Shown in pieces: positions 12,401-26,587 of a stretch of DNA of 64,000 bases. Each line of letters opens with the position of its first letter. Position 1 is the stretch's first letter. The translations under genes were made by a program, and so were the position numbers. The notes beneath the pieces were generated by a model. That model was not told the DNA's origin. It saw only the letters and a list, made by a program, of their open reading frames with translations, and made no database searches. The stretch lies in the NCBI GenBank assembly GCA_965153285.1, contig OZ229110.1, one strand, 5' to 3'. The stretch comes from Podarcis tiliguerta. Lineage: Eukaryota.

Positions 12401-14129
12401 GTTACACTTGTCCAATTATGGCATTTAGCTAAAACTTGAAAACCCATCCCTTGAACAGAATCATTTGAGAAATGGCGCAGCCATTCTTTCATAATGTTGT
12501 CTAAAACGAGGTAATGCATGGTGCTTATTTTGACAGGAACTGAAAAACTCTGAGACTTGCAGACTAAAAAAAGAAGACTGTGGGGGAAGGGGAAGATGCA
12601 CAAAAGTGGAGAAAGAACTTAGAGGTCAACAGTTCAGAAGAAGAGGCACATTTTCAGATGCCAAGGTGCATGGGGAGAGGCATGGATACCTGAAGGTGAT
12701 GAGGGTCAGAGAAAAGGAGCAGCAAGAGAGAAAAGCCGGAAGCAGGAAACAATCTCTCCATTTTGAGTCAGTTACAGTTAAGCTAACGAGAAGTGTGGCA
12801 TAAAGACAATAACAGATATTAGGAAGTAAAGGCAAAAACTGATTAGATGGAAAGTAGAGTCTGGTAGACTGTCGTGAAAGTGGCGAGCTTAAAAACCTGA
12901 AGAAGAAGAAATGGATGAAAAGTGGGTGGGAACTGAAGTAGATCTGAGTATTTTGTTATTGCCTTTCTTGATTATTGCAGGTCTCTGTGCATTCCTGAAA
13001 GTTCAGATCTGTTCCTGAGTCACTCTATACTTATTCAACTTTGCCCTGAATTCAAGGCTTGAACTGCTCTAGTTAAATTAAGCTCTGTATTCCCCACTCA
13101 CTGTGATGGAGACTGGGCCAAAGTGAGTGAATTTACAGTCAAAGAAGCCCATCCAAGTGTGGATTAAGCCTGACAAATCACAAACAAATAGGTTCAGGGG
13201 ATGGGGAAAATTAAAAGGGATTCCTCTGTAATCTCTTATGAGGGGAAGCAGGGGTTTGACTCTGGTTCTTTCTTGCCTTTACTGATGTGGTTGAGGGGGT
13301 GAGTATTATTGCTTGTACATTTTTTTTAAAAAAACTTCTCCAGCTTCACATCAGTCTTTTCTTTCTGGTGTTCTTTTGTGTCCTCCAGTAGGCTTTGTTC
13401 TGGTTTTGTGTTTTTGTTTTTGTTAAAGCAGAGCAATGCATGAGTACTTAGAAACTTAAACGTAGCTTTTAACTTTTAATAAAAACGTTCCATTGTTGTG
13501 CTTGAACAGAGGAGCAGTTCAGAGCTCATCAGCGCTCCACAGGCAACATTTTGGACAACCTCACTTCTTACAAAGTCTAGAGAATTGTGGAGAGAGAGGA
13601 AAGCATAGAGCTGCAGAAACTAAAAAGTGGCACGAGGCTTTGCAGAAGCCCTGATCTGACCTGGGAGGGGATTATTGACATCACCCGTTGACTTGGGAGG
13701 GGGGGAAAGACCTCCAAATCACCACAATTCACCTCATTATTTGTGCCTCCCCAACACACACACACACACAGAGCCAATGGACATTTTTATGCCCTTCATA
13801 ATAAGGTGGGTACTACACAGAAACCAACATAGTTACAAAGGGAGGCACTGAAATGATTTCTAAAGAAATGGATCTCCACAATGAATGCACAGAGGTGGGA
13901 TGGAGTCAAGATGGAAACTCAGCATGGAAAGGGATGAAAGGAAGAGCAGCTTAGCTGTCTTGAGTAGAGCTGCGATGTGTGTTTTTTGAGATAAAAACTT
14001 TTCATCCTCCCTAAAGAAGATATCCACTCTTTTTTGAGCAGCTGCTGAAAAATAGCTGACAATGGAGGGGTGGGGCTCTCCAAGTTGCCCCCCTCTAGCT
14101 TGGAACAACTCCAGTCTCTGTATTCTTGC

Positions 14130-14130
14130 A

Positions 14131-14182
<52 letters not shown>

Positions 14183-14183
14183 A
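14130..14183. repeat. (GAAA)n microsatellite
   Basis: Direct inspection. Confidence 0.97.
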
Positions 14184-15734
14184 GGGGTTGTGCTTCAGAG
14201 AGTGACAATTGTGTTTCTAGCTTCCATTCTCTATACCAAATGTTATATGTCAGTGCAGAGTGGGGTGTGTGGAGTCTCATTTCAAAGTGAAATCAGAATT
14301 CTTGCAAAAAAAAAAAATTTCTTTGAAAAAACGAGTCTGTAGAGCTTCGTTGTTTTAACATTTCTGTCATTCAATTTTTTGTGACAAATTCATAAAACCA
14401 TTCTTTTGTCCCCCTGCAAATTATTGTGTTCTGTGCTTTTATATTGTGTCACATTTATATCTCTGCAACCATTTTTAATGCCCTAGCAGATCACCTAAAT
14501 GCTATCTTTTTCACAATATTGAGATGAATGTTAAAACATTCTTAGTCTGCATAATATAATGCAGCCCATACACTTTAGCCCCTTGTGGTCACAAAATTCC
14601 TACAAATCAATGGGGAAGGGAGCATGCTATCTGCTGCCGACATAGAACATACGCCTCTTCCTCCCCTGCGTTACGCAAATATTCTGCCCTGCACAAGGTA
14701 AGGTGGGATTTTTCTTACCATTGACGCTCTCCGATGGCAGATTTCACAATGCTTGCTCTTGCCTGTTTTAAGGTGTAAGAATCTAGCATCCTTTATACAG
14801 CTGATGAGTCAATGTTATGATGATTTCAGACATTATATAACATCATAGATCTTGTTGGATTGCTGTAGCCTCACCGTGTGACATGTTTAACAGTTATTTT
14901 GTTGTTTTGAAAGTTATTCCTTCCCTTTGATTCATAAAACTGTTCATTAAACTTAACAATAGATGTCAGTTTCTCTCTTGTACCATGGAAGGTTAGTTCT
15001 CATATTGTGTTATTCACATGGTAGCTGCAGTTAATCGGGATTTGTGGAAATGGTGCCGGCTGTGTGAATGTACATAAATCCTTGGAACATGCTCATCATT
15101 AACACCACAAACAAGGAAAACCAAGAGGTAGAATCTCTAATCCCATCTCTTATGTCCTCTGATGGGAAGAATGGGGTCAATATTGCGGGCTGAACACGCA
15201 AAGTAAGACCCAGCTCTTAGGAACCAGAAATTAATCCATGTCAATGCATAATGATGGGATGGAGATCCCAATGTTGTTGGATTTCAACACCCCTCAACCC
15301 AAGCCAGAATGAGCAACGGTCAGTGATGTTGGAAGGTGTGGTCCAGCAACATCAGGATGCCCACAGGTTTTCCATTCTTCATCTAGGTAAATCTGGTGGT
15401 CACTCTTTCAGTATCACCCAGCAGAAAGACAATGCATGACTGGTCCTTTTGAGAGTTGGCCTTTCTTCTTGGAAAAGGAACTACCAAATGAACTCACCAG
15501 GAAGTGCTTCTTCATTCAAAATAGGGCAATTTCACCTTCACCTGCACAGTTTTCTGGTTCTATCACCCTTTCACCTCTGGAGTGACTGGCCCTCTGATTT
15601 ACACATTTTTGACAGTGATTACCAACCAAGGAAGAAACAACCTCTGCATGTCAGGTACAGAGCTTCTGTGTGTCAGTAGCAGCTCCTTATTCAGTGGGCA
15701 CAGTGAAAAACACCTGTCATTTTGGGGAAAGGTT

Positions 15735-15814
15735 GTTGTTGTTGTTTAGTCATTTAGTCGTGTCCGACTCTTCGTGACTCCATGGACCAGAGCACGCCAG
15801 GCACTCCTGTCTTC
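15735..15814 (-). mobile_element. Bov-B LINE, extreme 3' end (~80 bp)
   Basis: Nearly identical to 7640-7722; TSD AAGGTT (15729-15734, 15815-15820). Confidence 0.9.
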
Positions 15815-17439
15815 AAGGTTAAAAAAATTAATTATACATGCACAAGACTGGGACAATTTTTTAAAAAATTAATGATTATTTACCTGTTCCAAATTGGAGG
15901 CAGCATTTGTGTCAGACCCCTGTTGCGGGTGTACCAAAAGAGGCTTCGCTTCATAAATAGCATCTTCCATTTCCACACCCTGAAACAAGCCCTCAAATAC
16001 AAATACTTCTGTAAGGCTGCAGTCCTACACAAAACTTCCTGTATTAGCTCCTTGTAGTAATAAAAGTTATCTCAAGGCAAAAAGTGTTCCTGTCCTCCTT
16101 TATGTTGGAGGCGTGCTTTATTGATTCAGAACAATAATTATTAGAAGGGTTTTATGTGAGGAGGGGGAGTTTGCTGGGGCAGAAGGAGGGGAACAGAAGC
16201 AAATGATTTGGCCAAAACTTGGCCACCTGCCTATTGGAGTAGATCACTGGCTTCTACTGTGCTTCACTAATTTGCACCAAGGATGAATCTGGCCAAGCCA
16301 CTATAAAAATGAAATTAATGTTGCACCAGATATGCTGTTAATTAATTGTTTCCATCTTTGATGTTATTGTGTCCTGCCATATTGAATTATGCTCCTGCAG
16401 TTTTTGCAATTGCAATACATTTTACAGGTCTTTGCAAAAATACATGAATAATAAAAGAAAGTTTCCAAAGTTTCGAGCATCTTTATAGACTACTGATTCA
16501 TTGCACATCGCTAGAAATGTGCAATCATTGCTGGTTTTGGGCTTCTTCCTTGAAACTTTGCTCCTGTGTTAGTCACTTTGGATTCTTTATCTAGATTTTC
16601 CCACACAATTGAGCTGATTCAGATTACCCTGGATGAGACAGGTATCAATAAACCAGGCCAAATGCTCAGCACTTTTCTGAATTGGGTGTCACAGTTCTCC
16701 TATCCAATAACGTGTACAAAAATTGAGGGGAAGTGTGCATTACAGTGCTTATATTAGGAATAATAACAAGCCCAAATGCATTATGTTTGGGGAAATTGCT
16801 TGCTAAAAAAGGTGTATATTGCGCATAAATGAATACAAAACTGTGTATTAAGAGAAATTCACACTAAAATGTTGGTGGATTTTCACAATGACTTTTTTTA
16901 AAGCAAACTGAAGCAGAAATATGGAGAAACATTGCTAGTTTGAGTGCACAGTTTTGCTCTTCCTCTATTGTCCTCCTTTCAGCAGATTAATCTATAGGCC
17001 CTGGGTGTCAAGTAGCCCAGTTTGCTCTAACACAGGTTTCCCTTTCCCCTGTTGTGAGTCCCAGAAATATAACAGGCTGGTGGGTGGCTTCTCTGACAAT
17101 TTGTTTGTCTGTTTTGTGGCTGCCACAGCAGGTCACAGAAGGTTTGGAGAAAGGTGAGAGTAAAAGAAATGTGAGAATGTCTGACACAGGCTCTTCGCTG
17201 AAACCAGATACTTAAAGGTGACAATCAAATAAATTGAATAGCAGGGTAAACATAAACCTAGTTACATTTCAGTGTCCCATGACATATAGAGTATGGGAGA
17301 GTCCGATGAAAAATTGGTAGGTTTCAATGCCTGCCTTCCATCCCCATCTCAACGTTTCTCTGACATAAACGATTCTGTGTTTTAGTTACCTGCAAGAGCT
17401 GTCCAAAAAGCTGTAATTTCAGGGATCGGTTGGGATCAA

Positions 17440-17640
17440 TAGTGGTGAGAGTGTTGGACTAGGATCTGGGAGACCAGAGTTCAAATTCCCACTCAGCCAT
17501 GAAGCTTACTGGGTGGGCCAATCCCTGCCTCTCAGCCTAACCTCCTTCACAGGTTTGTTAAACAAGGAGCAGGAGAATCATGAAGCCTTCCTTGGACAAA
17601 AAAGAAGGATATAGATGCAATGAATGAATGAATGAATGAA
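17440..17640 (+). mobile_element. MIR/CORE-like tRNA-derived SINE (other copies at 49368-49588 + and ~55200-55430 -)
   Basis: TAGTGGTGAGAGTGTTGGACTAGG...GTTCAAATTCCCACTCAGCCATGAAGCT.ACTGGGTG head and an AATG/AAAT repeat tail. Confidence 0.7.
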
Positions 17641-18349
17641 TAATACAATAAATACAATGGACAAAGCAGATTGCAGAACCGAGGACAACCATATCTGCCT
17701 TGACCCTTCCTTCCTCACCATACCTTAATGCTACAGCAGAAGTAGCCAACGTGGTGCCCTCCAGATGTTGCTGAACTAAAAACTCCCTTCCGCTCTAGCT
17801 GCCATGTCCAATATGGATATCATCTTCATACTTTCAATTACTAAACTGTGGTCTCCTGCTGATCAGATGGATCACAAAATGGGACTACCTGCAGGCAAAG
17901 TAGTGAGGAGGCGACTCGTCAGGTAGTGATGGGGAGGCCTTTTCGGAAGAAAAAGAATATAAATTCCTAGAACAGGCTGGCAAAGACTGAACAAGGCCTC
18001 TAGGAGCCATAGCTATTGAAAGCTGGTGAAAAAGTGGCTGGAGGGTGTGGATTGGCCTGGTCAATCCAATCAGCATCCTTCAGAGAATTGGAGTCAGGAC
18101 GCTGTAAATTTAAAAAAAAAAAAAAATCCTATTGAAACCAAGGGGTTTTCTGGAATATACCCTTTTGTTTCGCCAAGCACCAGAAACCACTTCTCCACTC
18201 CAAGCGCACATTATATAATACAGCAATAAAAGGATTAGGTTAATATGTATGCATATTTCAGTTTCAGAGCTCCACAGCTCTTTGACACAAAAGTCCGCTT
18301 CTGGCTAGCAGCCTCCTTCAGTGGGTATCCAGATGAGTGGAAGGCATCT

Positions 18350-19140
18350 CATTCTGGATGGGTTTATACTCCCCTTGGAGGAGCAGGTGTGCAACTTCAG
18401 GCCACTCTTTGGATGCAACAGCCTCTTGAGAGGCGCAGGTGGCCTTAGTAGCATGGAGTGCTTTCTACCAGCTTCAGCTGGTAGCCAGCTGCGACCCTGT
18501 CTGAATGTGGGAAGCCTGTCTTTGCTTGTCAATGCTCTAGCAACTTCTGGTTTATTATGGCACCGAAATGCATTGTATGTGGGACTGTATTTGTAGATGT
18601 TTCAGAAATCAAAGTGAGGGCAAAACACAGCTACTAGATGATTAACAGCATGGGCATATAACACCGGTTATGGCCTAGCTGCAATTTGTTTCCACACCCA
18701 ACTCCAAGTTGTGTGTGTGTGTGTGTGTTTAACCTTTAAAGCTTTATATGACTCAAGACCTCTACACCTAAAGGACCACCTTTCCCCAAATGAACTTGCC
18801 CAGACCCTGAAATCATCCTGTGGGGGACCCTTCTCTGCACAGAGGTCTGGAGTGCGACAACAGGAATGTGCCTTCTTCTGTGATAACCTCCCACTCTTGG
18901 AATGCTGTCTCCAGGGAGGCCCACCTGGTGCCAACCTTGTCACCCTTTCAACAGGAAAATACATATTTGTTTACCCAGGAAACTGGGCAGCACTAAGTGA
19001 TAAAGTGTTCTGCTGCTTGCTTAAATAAATAAATAAATAAATAAATATAGAAATATAGAAATAAATAAATAGTGGTTGTTTTGTTTTCAGTCATGTTTAT
19101 GCAATTTTATTGTTGCATTTCTTATCTTGTTTTTAAATCA
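18350..19140 (+). mobile_element. Degraded L2 LINE 3' portion
   Basis: Collinear similarity to 54740-55530 (ACTCCCCTTGGAGGAGCAGGT..., CCTTTAAAGCTTTA...CCTAAAGGACCACCT, TTGGAATGC). Confidence 0.65.
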
Positions 19141-19981
19141 TGTTGGGATTTTGCAGTGGGAAGTGATGTATAAATTTAACAGACTTAGCTAATTTAGATG
19201 AGAGGAAAGGTGTTTCGTTGCTGCTCTTCCGAGACAATTGGGAATCAGAAACGCTTGCTGGATTGCTGCATATCATCCAGAGAGCTACCAGTAGATTTTC
19301 CTGCTATAGAAGAGAAAGGTTTTAGGGGGGTGTTCTGAAACTTCCACCCTGCTGTCCTCATTCCAGGGCAACTGGAGCCCTCAACAGCATCATTCTTCTT
19401 AGGTGCCGGGAATATATAGCAGGTTTTCCTCCAGCTCCCCATTTCTTATTTCTGAAAGCCCTTTTTTTAAAAAAGGCTCTGTGTAAAACATTGAGAGACA
19501 TGCTCCACAACATGTCTGTGATGAATCCATTTTTATTAGGCTTTAAATTAAATTAGTTTATTGCTGATTTGATGTGACCATGAGTAATAATTTGCAAATG
19601 ATAAAATTTTAATAACTGTGAGTGATTATTGTGAATTATCTTTTACCCATACAGGATGCAAAACAGTTTGGAAGAAGAATTCTGAGCAAAAAGTCAGTAA
19701 AGGAGGGAAGAGAGAGACAATGCATCTTTAATAGCCTCTCCGACTAGCGTTCCTTCATTGAAATCTTGCAGCTGTGGTAGCTGCTTTCAGTTATTAAAAA
19801 GAAGGGCCATTGTGGTAGTCCAGGTAAGGTTAGGAGAGACCCTGGTGTGAAATCCTCAAGAGCTACTGCCAGCCAGTGTAGTCAATACTGAGCTATATGG
19901 ACAAATGGCTCTGTATAAGAAAGCTTCCTATGTTCCCATAAAAAAGGATAATATTGCTTAAAAGATACCTATGGCTACATA

Positions 19982-20509
19982 CAGTGCTTTTTTCTGGGGG
20001 GACACAGAGGTATGCATACCCCTAAACATTTTGTGAAATTTTTTTTTTAAAAGTTTCTTCTCTAGGCACGGTGAATCGTCAGTTCCGTTGCTACACCCGA
20101 TGGTGGCCTCATTTCCTGTCATGGTGTTTCCTGAGTCTCAAAAGGAAGCGAGCATTTAATGTATGAAGTAGGAGTTGTAATCTAGCATGGTGATTGGTCA
20201 GTTTCGTTGTTACCACCTCCAGTGGTGGACTCATTTCTTTTCCCGTGTTTCCTGAGTCTCAGATGGAAGTGAGCGTTTAATGTGTGAAGCAGTGCAGAAT
20301 GTTGATGTGTGATGTTGGTGCACACAACTTCCTCATGCCAATGTGGAAGTTACTCTGAGCTATCAGCTGTGTAATATGAGGTAATGCATGTTCTTTGTAC
20401 TTTTATCCATTTACTGTATTTATTTTTTCCGATTTGAGCTATAAAATGGTGGTTTTCTTGAGTCAAAATGAGAGTACCCATAAACATTTTTTTAAGGAAA
20501 AATGCACTG
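19982..20509. mobile_element. Non-autonomous hAT element, same family as 2569-3113 (opposite orientation, longer)
   Basis: TIRs CAGTGCTTTTTTC...GAAAAATGCACTG, 8-bp TSD GCTACATA (19974-19981, 20510-20517), and an internal ~120-bp tandem duplication. Confidence 0.88.
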
Positions 20510-23500
20510 GCTACATATAACTTGTTTGCCTTTGATCAGACTCATTGATGTGAAACAATGCAAGATTGTTATATAAATTAGAAGGTGCTTAAGAACTTTT
20601 TTCCATTTTATTTTTCCATTTGGAGGGGGAAAAATAGTATCTCAAATTTATTGTCTCCAAAATGTTGAGACCCACCCCCACCCCCACACGCCACACCTAA
20701 CTATATAACCCACAAATTGCAACAGTGGTTTGGGAACAAAGTTTCAGCTTCTGTGGCAAGGAAGTTGAGACACCGCCACTTGATGTTAAAATTATTTGCT
20801 CTATCCGATGAGATAATAACTTCTACTTGTATATGAAGACATGAGGAAGAATGAAAATGAATGAAAATACTGACAGTTGAGTTTGGTGGATAAAAATATT
20901 GATGATAGCTTTGGCACAGTACTATGGATCAAATAATTAAAATCTCCATATCCAATTCTGAAAGGTTATTAAAAATCTATCAGTTTGGAATGAATAGAAT
21001 GGAGATCTGACCACTATTTGCCTTGTTAAGTAGACAGGGCTTGAATTCATATACTAGCTAATTCTTAGATTATCCTTTCCACAAAAATAAAAACTTGCAT
21101 AACTCATATTTATTTACATAGGGGTCCCCAACCTTTCCAGGCCAATGGGCATACCAGAGAACCCTGATGTCCCTGAGGAGAGGGGGAACCAGGGAAAACA
21201 AAGGGATCTCTGATTTGCAGAATCTGAGATTTGCTGATCCAAAATTTGGATTATTTCAGCCCAGAGTTTCTACTCTCTAATTACTGGGAAGCAGGAGATA
21301 GAAGTGAGTTCTAAAAATCCACTCTTCGATTTAAAATGATTTTTAATTGTCTGATGACACTTCTGCATTTTATTCCGAATGGTACATCATTTTTTTATTG
21401 AAAGAGACTCATTTGTATATGTGAAACTGAGTCATAGGCTGAAGAATAAAGCAATGTTTGAGGCAGGGAAACATACAGTGGAAATGGTTAGGGGAAAACA
21501 GCCATACTTCTCTGCCATTCTAGCATTTAACCTTGGAAAAACAAAAGGCCCGTTTTATAATACACCCCCCCCCTTTAAATTCTGTAGTGAAGGAATCACT
21601 GATTCACTGATTGCCTCTCAATGGTGGATTTGGCTAATATGTACTTTTCTGACCTAATATTTACAGTCTATCTGGGAACACAAAGAGAGGGATGCTGGAA
21701 GAGCATGTGGGCTGAAAACAGAACAAAAACCATCTTCAATGAATGATGGAAATGGAAGGTAAAGAGTTGATGCTGACGTTGGTGCCAATTGACTTATATT
21801 TAGCAATGGATCTTTCATGCAAACACAATCACGTCTTAAATACACCTGAAGTGAAATCCTCAGTATCGACACCTCCGAACATTCACAGTGTTTGAAAGCG
21901 GAGCCTAAAACATTAAATTTTAGTGCTTGATGCTGCTTTCCTGGTCATGTCTACTCAGATGTAAGTCCCTTTGAATTCCATGGGGCTTACTCCCACATAA
22001 ATGGAGTTAGAATTGCCCAATTGAATTTTATAGGGGTGAGAAGAATGAGCTTGTACATAGCCAGTATGGGAATTGCTGCTGTATTTGAGGACCCATCCTT
22101 GTGGAATCAGAGAAACAGGCATTGCGTATGGGGGGGGGTTGCTCCTTACTCATTTTCTCCTGCTGAAAAATCCATTCAATTTTCCCCAAACGTAACTCCT
22201 GCTGTGTTCAATAGGACTTACTCCCTAGTAAGCGTGTTTAGAGCAGCAACCCTGATCTCAAATCTTTCTTAAGGGGGAAAAAAAATCAAGCTTGGATAGC
22301 TTACCCAAGCAGAACATGAATATCAGATATCATCTCACAGCTGGCGCCTTTCTGCCACACAAATTAAGCAGACCAGAAACTTCCTGAAGTACTCTCTTCT
22401 CTGTGGCCCCAGGCTTTCAACGACCTTGTCAACGGACATAAAAAGAGCCTGTTGGCTGATTGATGGGTCAACATCATATGATCAGACTGCCTGTGCCTTG
22501 CTGGTGTACCTACTGTCTCGTTCTTCATCTTCTCTTATTTTAGAGTATATCTGCACTATAACGTAGCAGGTATTCCTCTCCACTGCAAATTCTAGGAACC
22601 GCAGAGGAGCCAAGCATGCACAAAGATCATTCAAAGATCTCCTCAGGCTTCAGTCACTTGAAGTCTCCCAAGCCAGAACCTCTCCCCAAGGAAGTATCTC
22701 CTTTGCCATCTAGAGTCTTGTAATCTTCTGTCCCAATCCATCAGAGTCACCAACCAATCAGAATTAACAAGATGGCAATGGTGTGTGCAGGCTCCAACAA
22801 GGAGACGGTGCCTTTAAGGCTCTCCATTACTCAGGGTGAGGGCAGAGCCTGCAATGTGCAAGAGGCCTGACAGAACATAGCAGAGGGTTCAGTCTGGCTT
22901 TGGAACTTTGTCATAGTAAATTATATACAGGATGTTTATTGCAAGGGAGCTGTCCTGGGTGCTGCAGAGCTTGTTCTTTCCTGCTCCGTGGCTATCCTTT
23001 GGCCCCTGTTTTCGTGTCAGACACTGCTTGAACTGGGGAGTGGTCACTTGCTGCTGGGGACCTTTGATCCCTTGCTGAGAGAGCTCAGTTTTACAGCACA
23101 GGGGCACACACAGTGGATTTCAGCCCACCAGGACTGAGGAAAACTGGCACCGATTATCAGCTGCAGCAAAGATTAGCAGAAATATATCATTTGCAATGGT
23201 CCTGGTCTGCAGTTTGGATCCCACAGGCTGATGTGTAGGCACTCGTGGTGTAATGCAATTGCATGGGAACAAATGCACCTAGTGACCTCAGAGAGTGGAG
23301 CAGTGAGTGGACAGAACATAGGTGCTTAAGCCTTTCCACTGTTCTTTGCTTTCTCTTTGCAACCACTGCCCCAGGCCTCCCCTCTCTATCCTCCCCACCC
23401 ATCAGGCTGGGGGTAGGAGTTGCAGAGAGAAGGTGACAGGTAAACAAAGATGAAGCATACTCTTCTCCCACCTGTGCAATCCTTCTGTTACCACATTTGC

Positions 23501-23521
23501 TGTGTTCTAGATGTTTTCTGT

Positions 23522-23765
23522 CTCCTGCCAACCTAGCAGTTCGAAAGCACGTCAAAGTGCAAGTAGACAAATAGGTACCACTCCAGCGGGAAGGTAAACG
23601 GCGTTTCCGTGCGCTGGTCTGGTTCGCCAGAAGTGGCTTAGTCATGCTGGGCACATGACCCGGAAGCTGTACGCCGGCTCCCTCAGCCAATAAAGCCAGA
23701 TGAGTGCCGCAACCCCAGAGTCAGCTACGACTGGACCTAATGGTCAGGGGTCCCTTTACCTTTAC
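23522..23765 (+). mobile_element. Sauria SINE, 5'-truncated
   Basis: Core CCTGCCAACCTAGCAGTTCGAAAGCACGTC, CCTTTACCTTTAC tail, 15-bp TSD CTAGATGTTTTCTGT (23507-23521, 23766-23780). Confidence 0.93.
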
Positions 23766-23825
23766 CTAGATGTTTTCTGTATATTCACTCCAGTAGTTGC
23801 CACTCCACAATAATCACACACACAC

Positions 23826-23990
23826 TAATTTTTCCATGTATAAGATGCCCCCATTTATAAGACAGCCCCACTTTTGGGGACCCCAAATTTAGAAAATGGG
23901 CATATGCACTATCCATGTATAAAATGCCCCCAGATTTTTTACCTTATTTTAAAATTTAAAAAACCTAGTCTTATACACAAAAAAGTACGG
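23826..23990. mobile_element. Tc1/mariner-type MITE
   Basis: Ends TTTTTCCATGTATAAGA / TCTTATACACAAAAAAGTACGG-TA. Confidence 0.65.
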
Positions 23991-24679
23991 TAATTTAGAA
24001 AATATACTGACGTTAAAAAAAACAGCTGAAAGTTTGTTGTGAAAGTTGCTGAGAAGGAAGTTCAAATTGCAGAAACCTGTGACAGTTTCCCTTTAAGCGT
24101 CTTGCTACCCCACCCCAAAGCCCTGTTATTTTAAAATTCAGAGGAGTCTTTTCAGCAATTTAGAGATTCTGCGAAGCCACTACTTAGGAGCATGCTTTAA
24201 AAGATTCCAGCACGCATACAATTTGTGCCCCTCTCAACTATCGCTATAGTGATGAATGGCTTAAATTATAGGGATGCAAGTATAATGGGTAGATTAATCA
24301 ACTAAAGCTGTAGCTGATTAATTGATGCGGGCCATTGTTAACCGGTGATGCTGAGACTTAAAGGCACATTAATTGGTTTATGTTTTGAAGGCTATTTGTG
24401 TTCCGGCCTGTAACTGTAATAGGAAGCATATAATAAAACGTTAAAGGTGATTCTTTGTAATAAGTTGTCGTAGTGTTTGTGAACTGAGTTGTAAAGCACA
24501 ATACACTTTCTTCAATAGCTTAAAAAAAATGTCTATGCTGTGGTTTTGGTAGTATGCAAATTCGTTTAGATTCCATGGATTAATTGGCCAAAAGGCAGAT
24601 AATTAATCAACAAATACATATCCTGAATCATGTAATGAGCTTTGCGTGTGTGAATTTCATCCATCAGGATCATTTTTCA

Positions 24680-24925
24680 ATGCACTCATCAAAGCAAGTG
24701 GCCAGAGGAGAAATGACCGCTGGGAGGAGCACGGCGAGATGAAACACCATGGTGCATCTGTAACCGTGAAACCAAACACCTTCATCTGCCCCAGCTGCAA
24801 CAAAACATGTCTCTCCCATATTGGTCTCTACAGCCACAGCAGGCACTGTAATTCTCTAATGGTTTGACTTCACCCTCAAAGGTGCACTCTTCCATTGTCT
24901 CCCGAGACAGACAGACACCAGCCAA
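24680..24925 (+). mobile_element. RTE-clade LINE 3' end
   Basis: Encodes TFICPSCNKTCLSHIGLYSHSRHC, the C-terminal C2H2 finger typical of RTE ORFs, followed by the CCATTGTCTCCCGAGACAGACAGA 3' motif. Confidence 0.8.
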
Positions 24926-26294
24926 CCTCTTCCCCCCACAAGGCATAGTCTCACTCTTAGCGATACTTTCCACTTTCATCATAGGTACTGATTCTGACAA
25001 CACAATTATCTACTTGTGTCTCCAAAACACATGCAGGGAAATGGCGAAAGTAATGCTGGAACCAATACTTTCCAAAGCATAATAAGAGCCTCACTCTGCC
25101 TATTCAGATGGGGCACTGCTGTGAGTACTTCAGGCACCAAAGGTCCACTTAGCTCATACTAGAAACTGGTCTTTTAGTGCTGCAGCTCCAGCTCTCTGGA
25201 AGCAATTATCAGTTGAAATTAGACAGACACTCAGCTTCATTAAGTTTAGGATGAGACTGAAGACATTTTGTTTTAGAAGGTTTGTTTTAGAAGGTTTAAG
25301 ACCTAGTAATTTATGAAATTTTAGTTGTGCATCTGTAGGAATGGTTTTATTATTTTCAGAGTTTGTAGAAAAGATTTTAATTTGTATTATTTGTATTTTA
25401 TATTTTTTATCCTGCTCCAAACTGCCTTAATGGCCTCAGACCCTGAAGCAGTTTATTAATTTGTAAAACAAATATATTTATTATTTATCTCATAACAAGA
25501 TAAACCTAAGAAAAATTATCCACAGTAATTGAAGACTTTCACAAAGATAAAATAACAATGTACAAAAAACAGATTAAAACTCACATCAACATTCTAAACA
25601 CCTGAGTAGGCTTGTCTTAAATAAATAAATAAATAAATAAGACCAGCAATCACTTCAAGCATATTTCTGACGTTAAATATAGAGAGAATATCATTTGACC
25701 TCACGTACATATAGTATCCAAAACTGAATATTTATATTTAAAGTGCTTAATATCAACATTTAATGGGCGTTATTTGATAAAGGCACACACAACATGAAGG
25801 GGCCGTTTTCATTCTCAAATGAGTTTCCTCATAGGATGTATATTAATATTTAGTCTGAAAGACTGAAAAGAAACTACCAGAACATGGACATAATTTGTTG
25901 CTCATCGAAAGGTTTTCACACCCTGGTTGCAGAAAGCTAGATGTGTTTGTTTTAATACCAAAGAGGAGGCTGTGCCGTTGTTCAAAGACTCCAGTAGTCA
26001 AGTTGCAAATAGTAACAGATTACTGCAGTCATGTTTCCGTTTTCCTCAGGTTCTGATTTCCCTTCCTATCTCTGGTTTTGCCCTAGTAAGAGATACCTGA
26101 AGGCTCATTTTGCTGGGGTCACCTGGGAGAATGTACCTGGACCAGTAGTTTCCATTACAGTTCCCTCATCTCCTCCTCTCTTTGACAACTGAATGTAATG
26201 CTGTGTTCAAATGCTCATATGGCACAGAAGTCCTTGACAAGTTTGGGGCATTTATCTCAGACACAAATTAAATCCATTTTAAAACAGAAACAAC

Positions 26295-26408
26295 CAGTGC
26301 TCCCCCCCCCCCCGAAAAATAGGTGCCAGTACTTACCATGAAGTTGTTAAAGTAAGTGCCACTCTTTTTAACAAGAACAACAACAAAGAGAGGTGCTGCG
26401 TACCCCGA

Positions 26409-26452
<44 letters not shown>

Positions 26453-26477
26453 ACTGGTAGCATCACCAACAGCACTG
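26295..26477. mobile_element. Degenerate hAT-like MITE containing (GAAA)n (26407-26451)
   Basis: CAGTGCT...AGCACTG ends; no TSD recognised. Confidence 0.45.
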
Positions 26478-26587
26478 CCTGGATATTCATACTCTCTGTT
26501 TGTGGGTGGGGAAGAGATTCAGAGATCAAAGGCAGCTCTCAAGGGTTTCCCAGCCCCACTCCTGAAGATACAGTCCACTATCATGGA

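Noticed and set aside
24646-24867. C2H2 zinc-finger ORF
   Set aside because: It is the C-terminus of an RTE LINE ORF, not a host zinc-finger exon.
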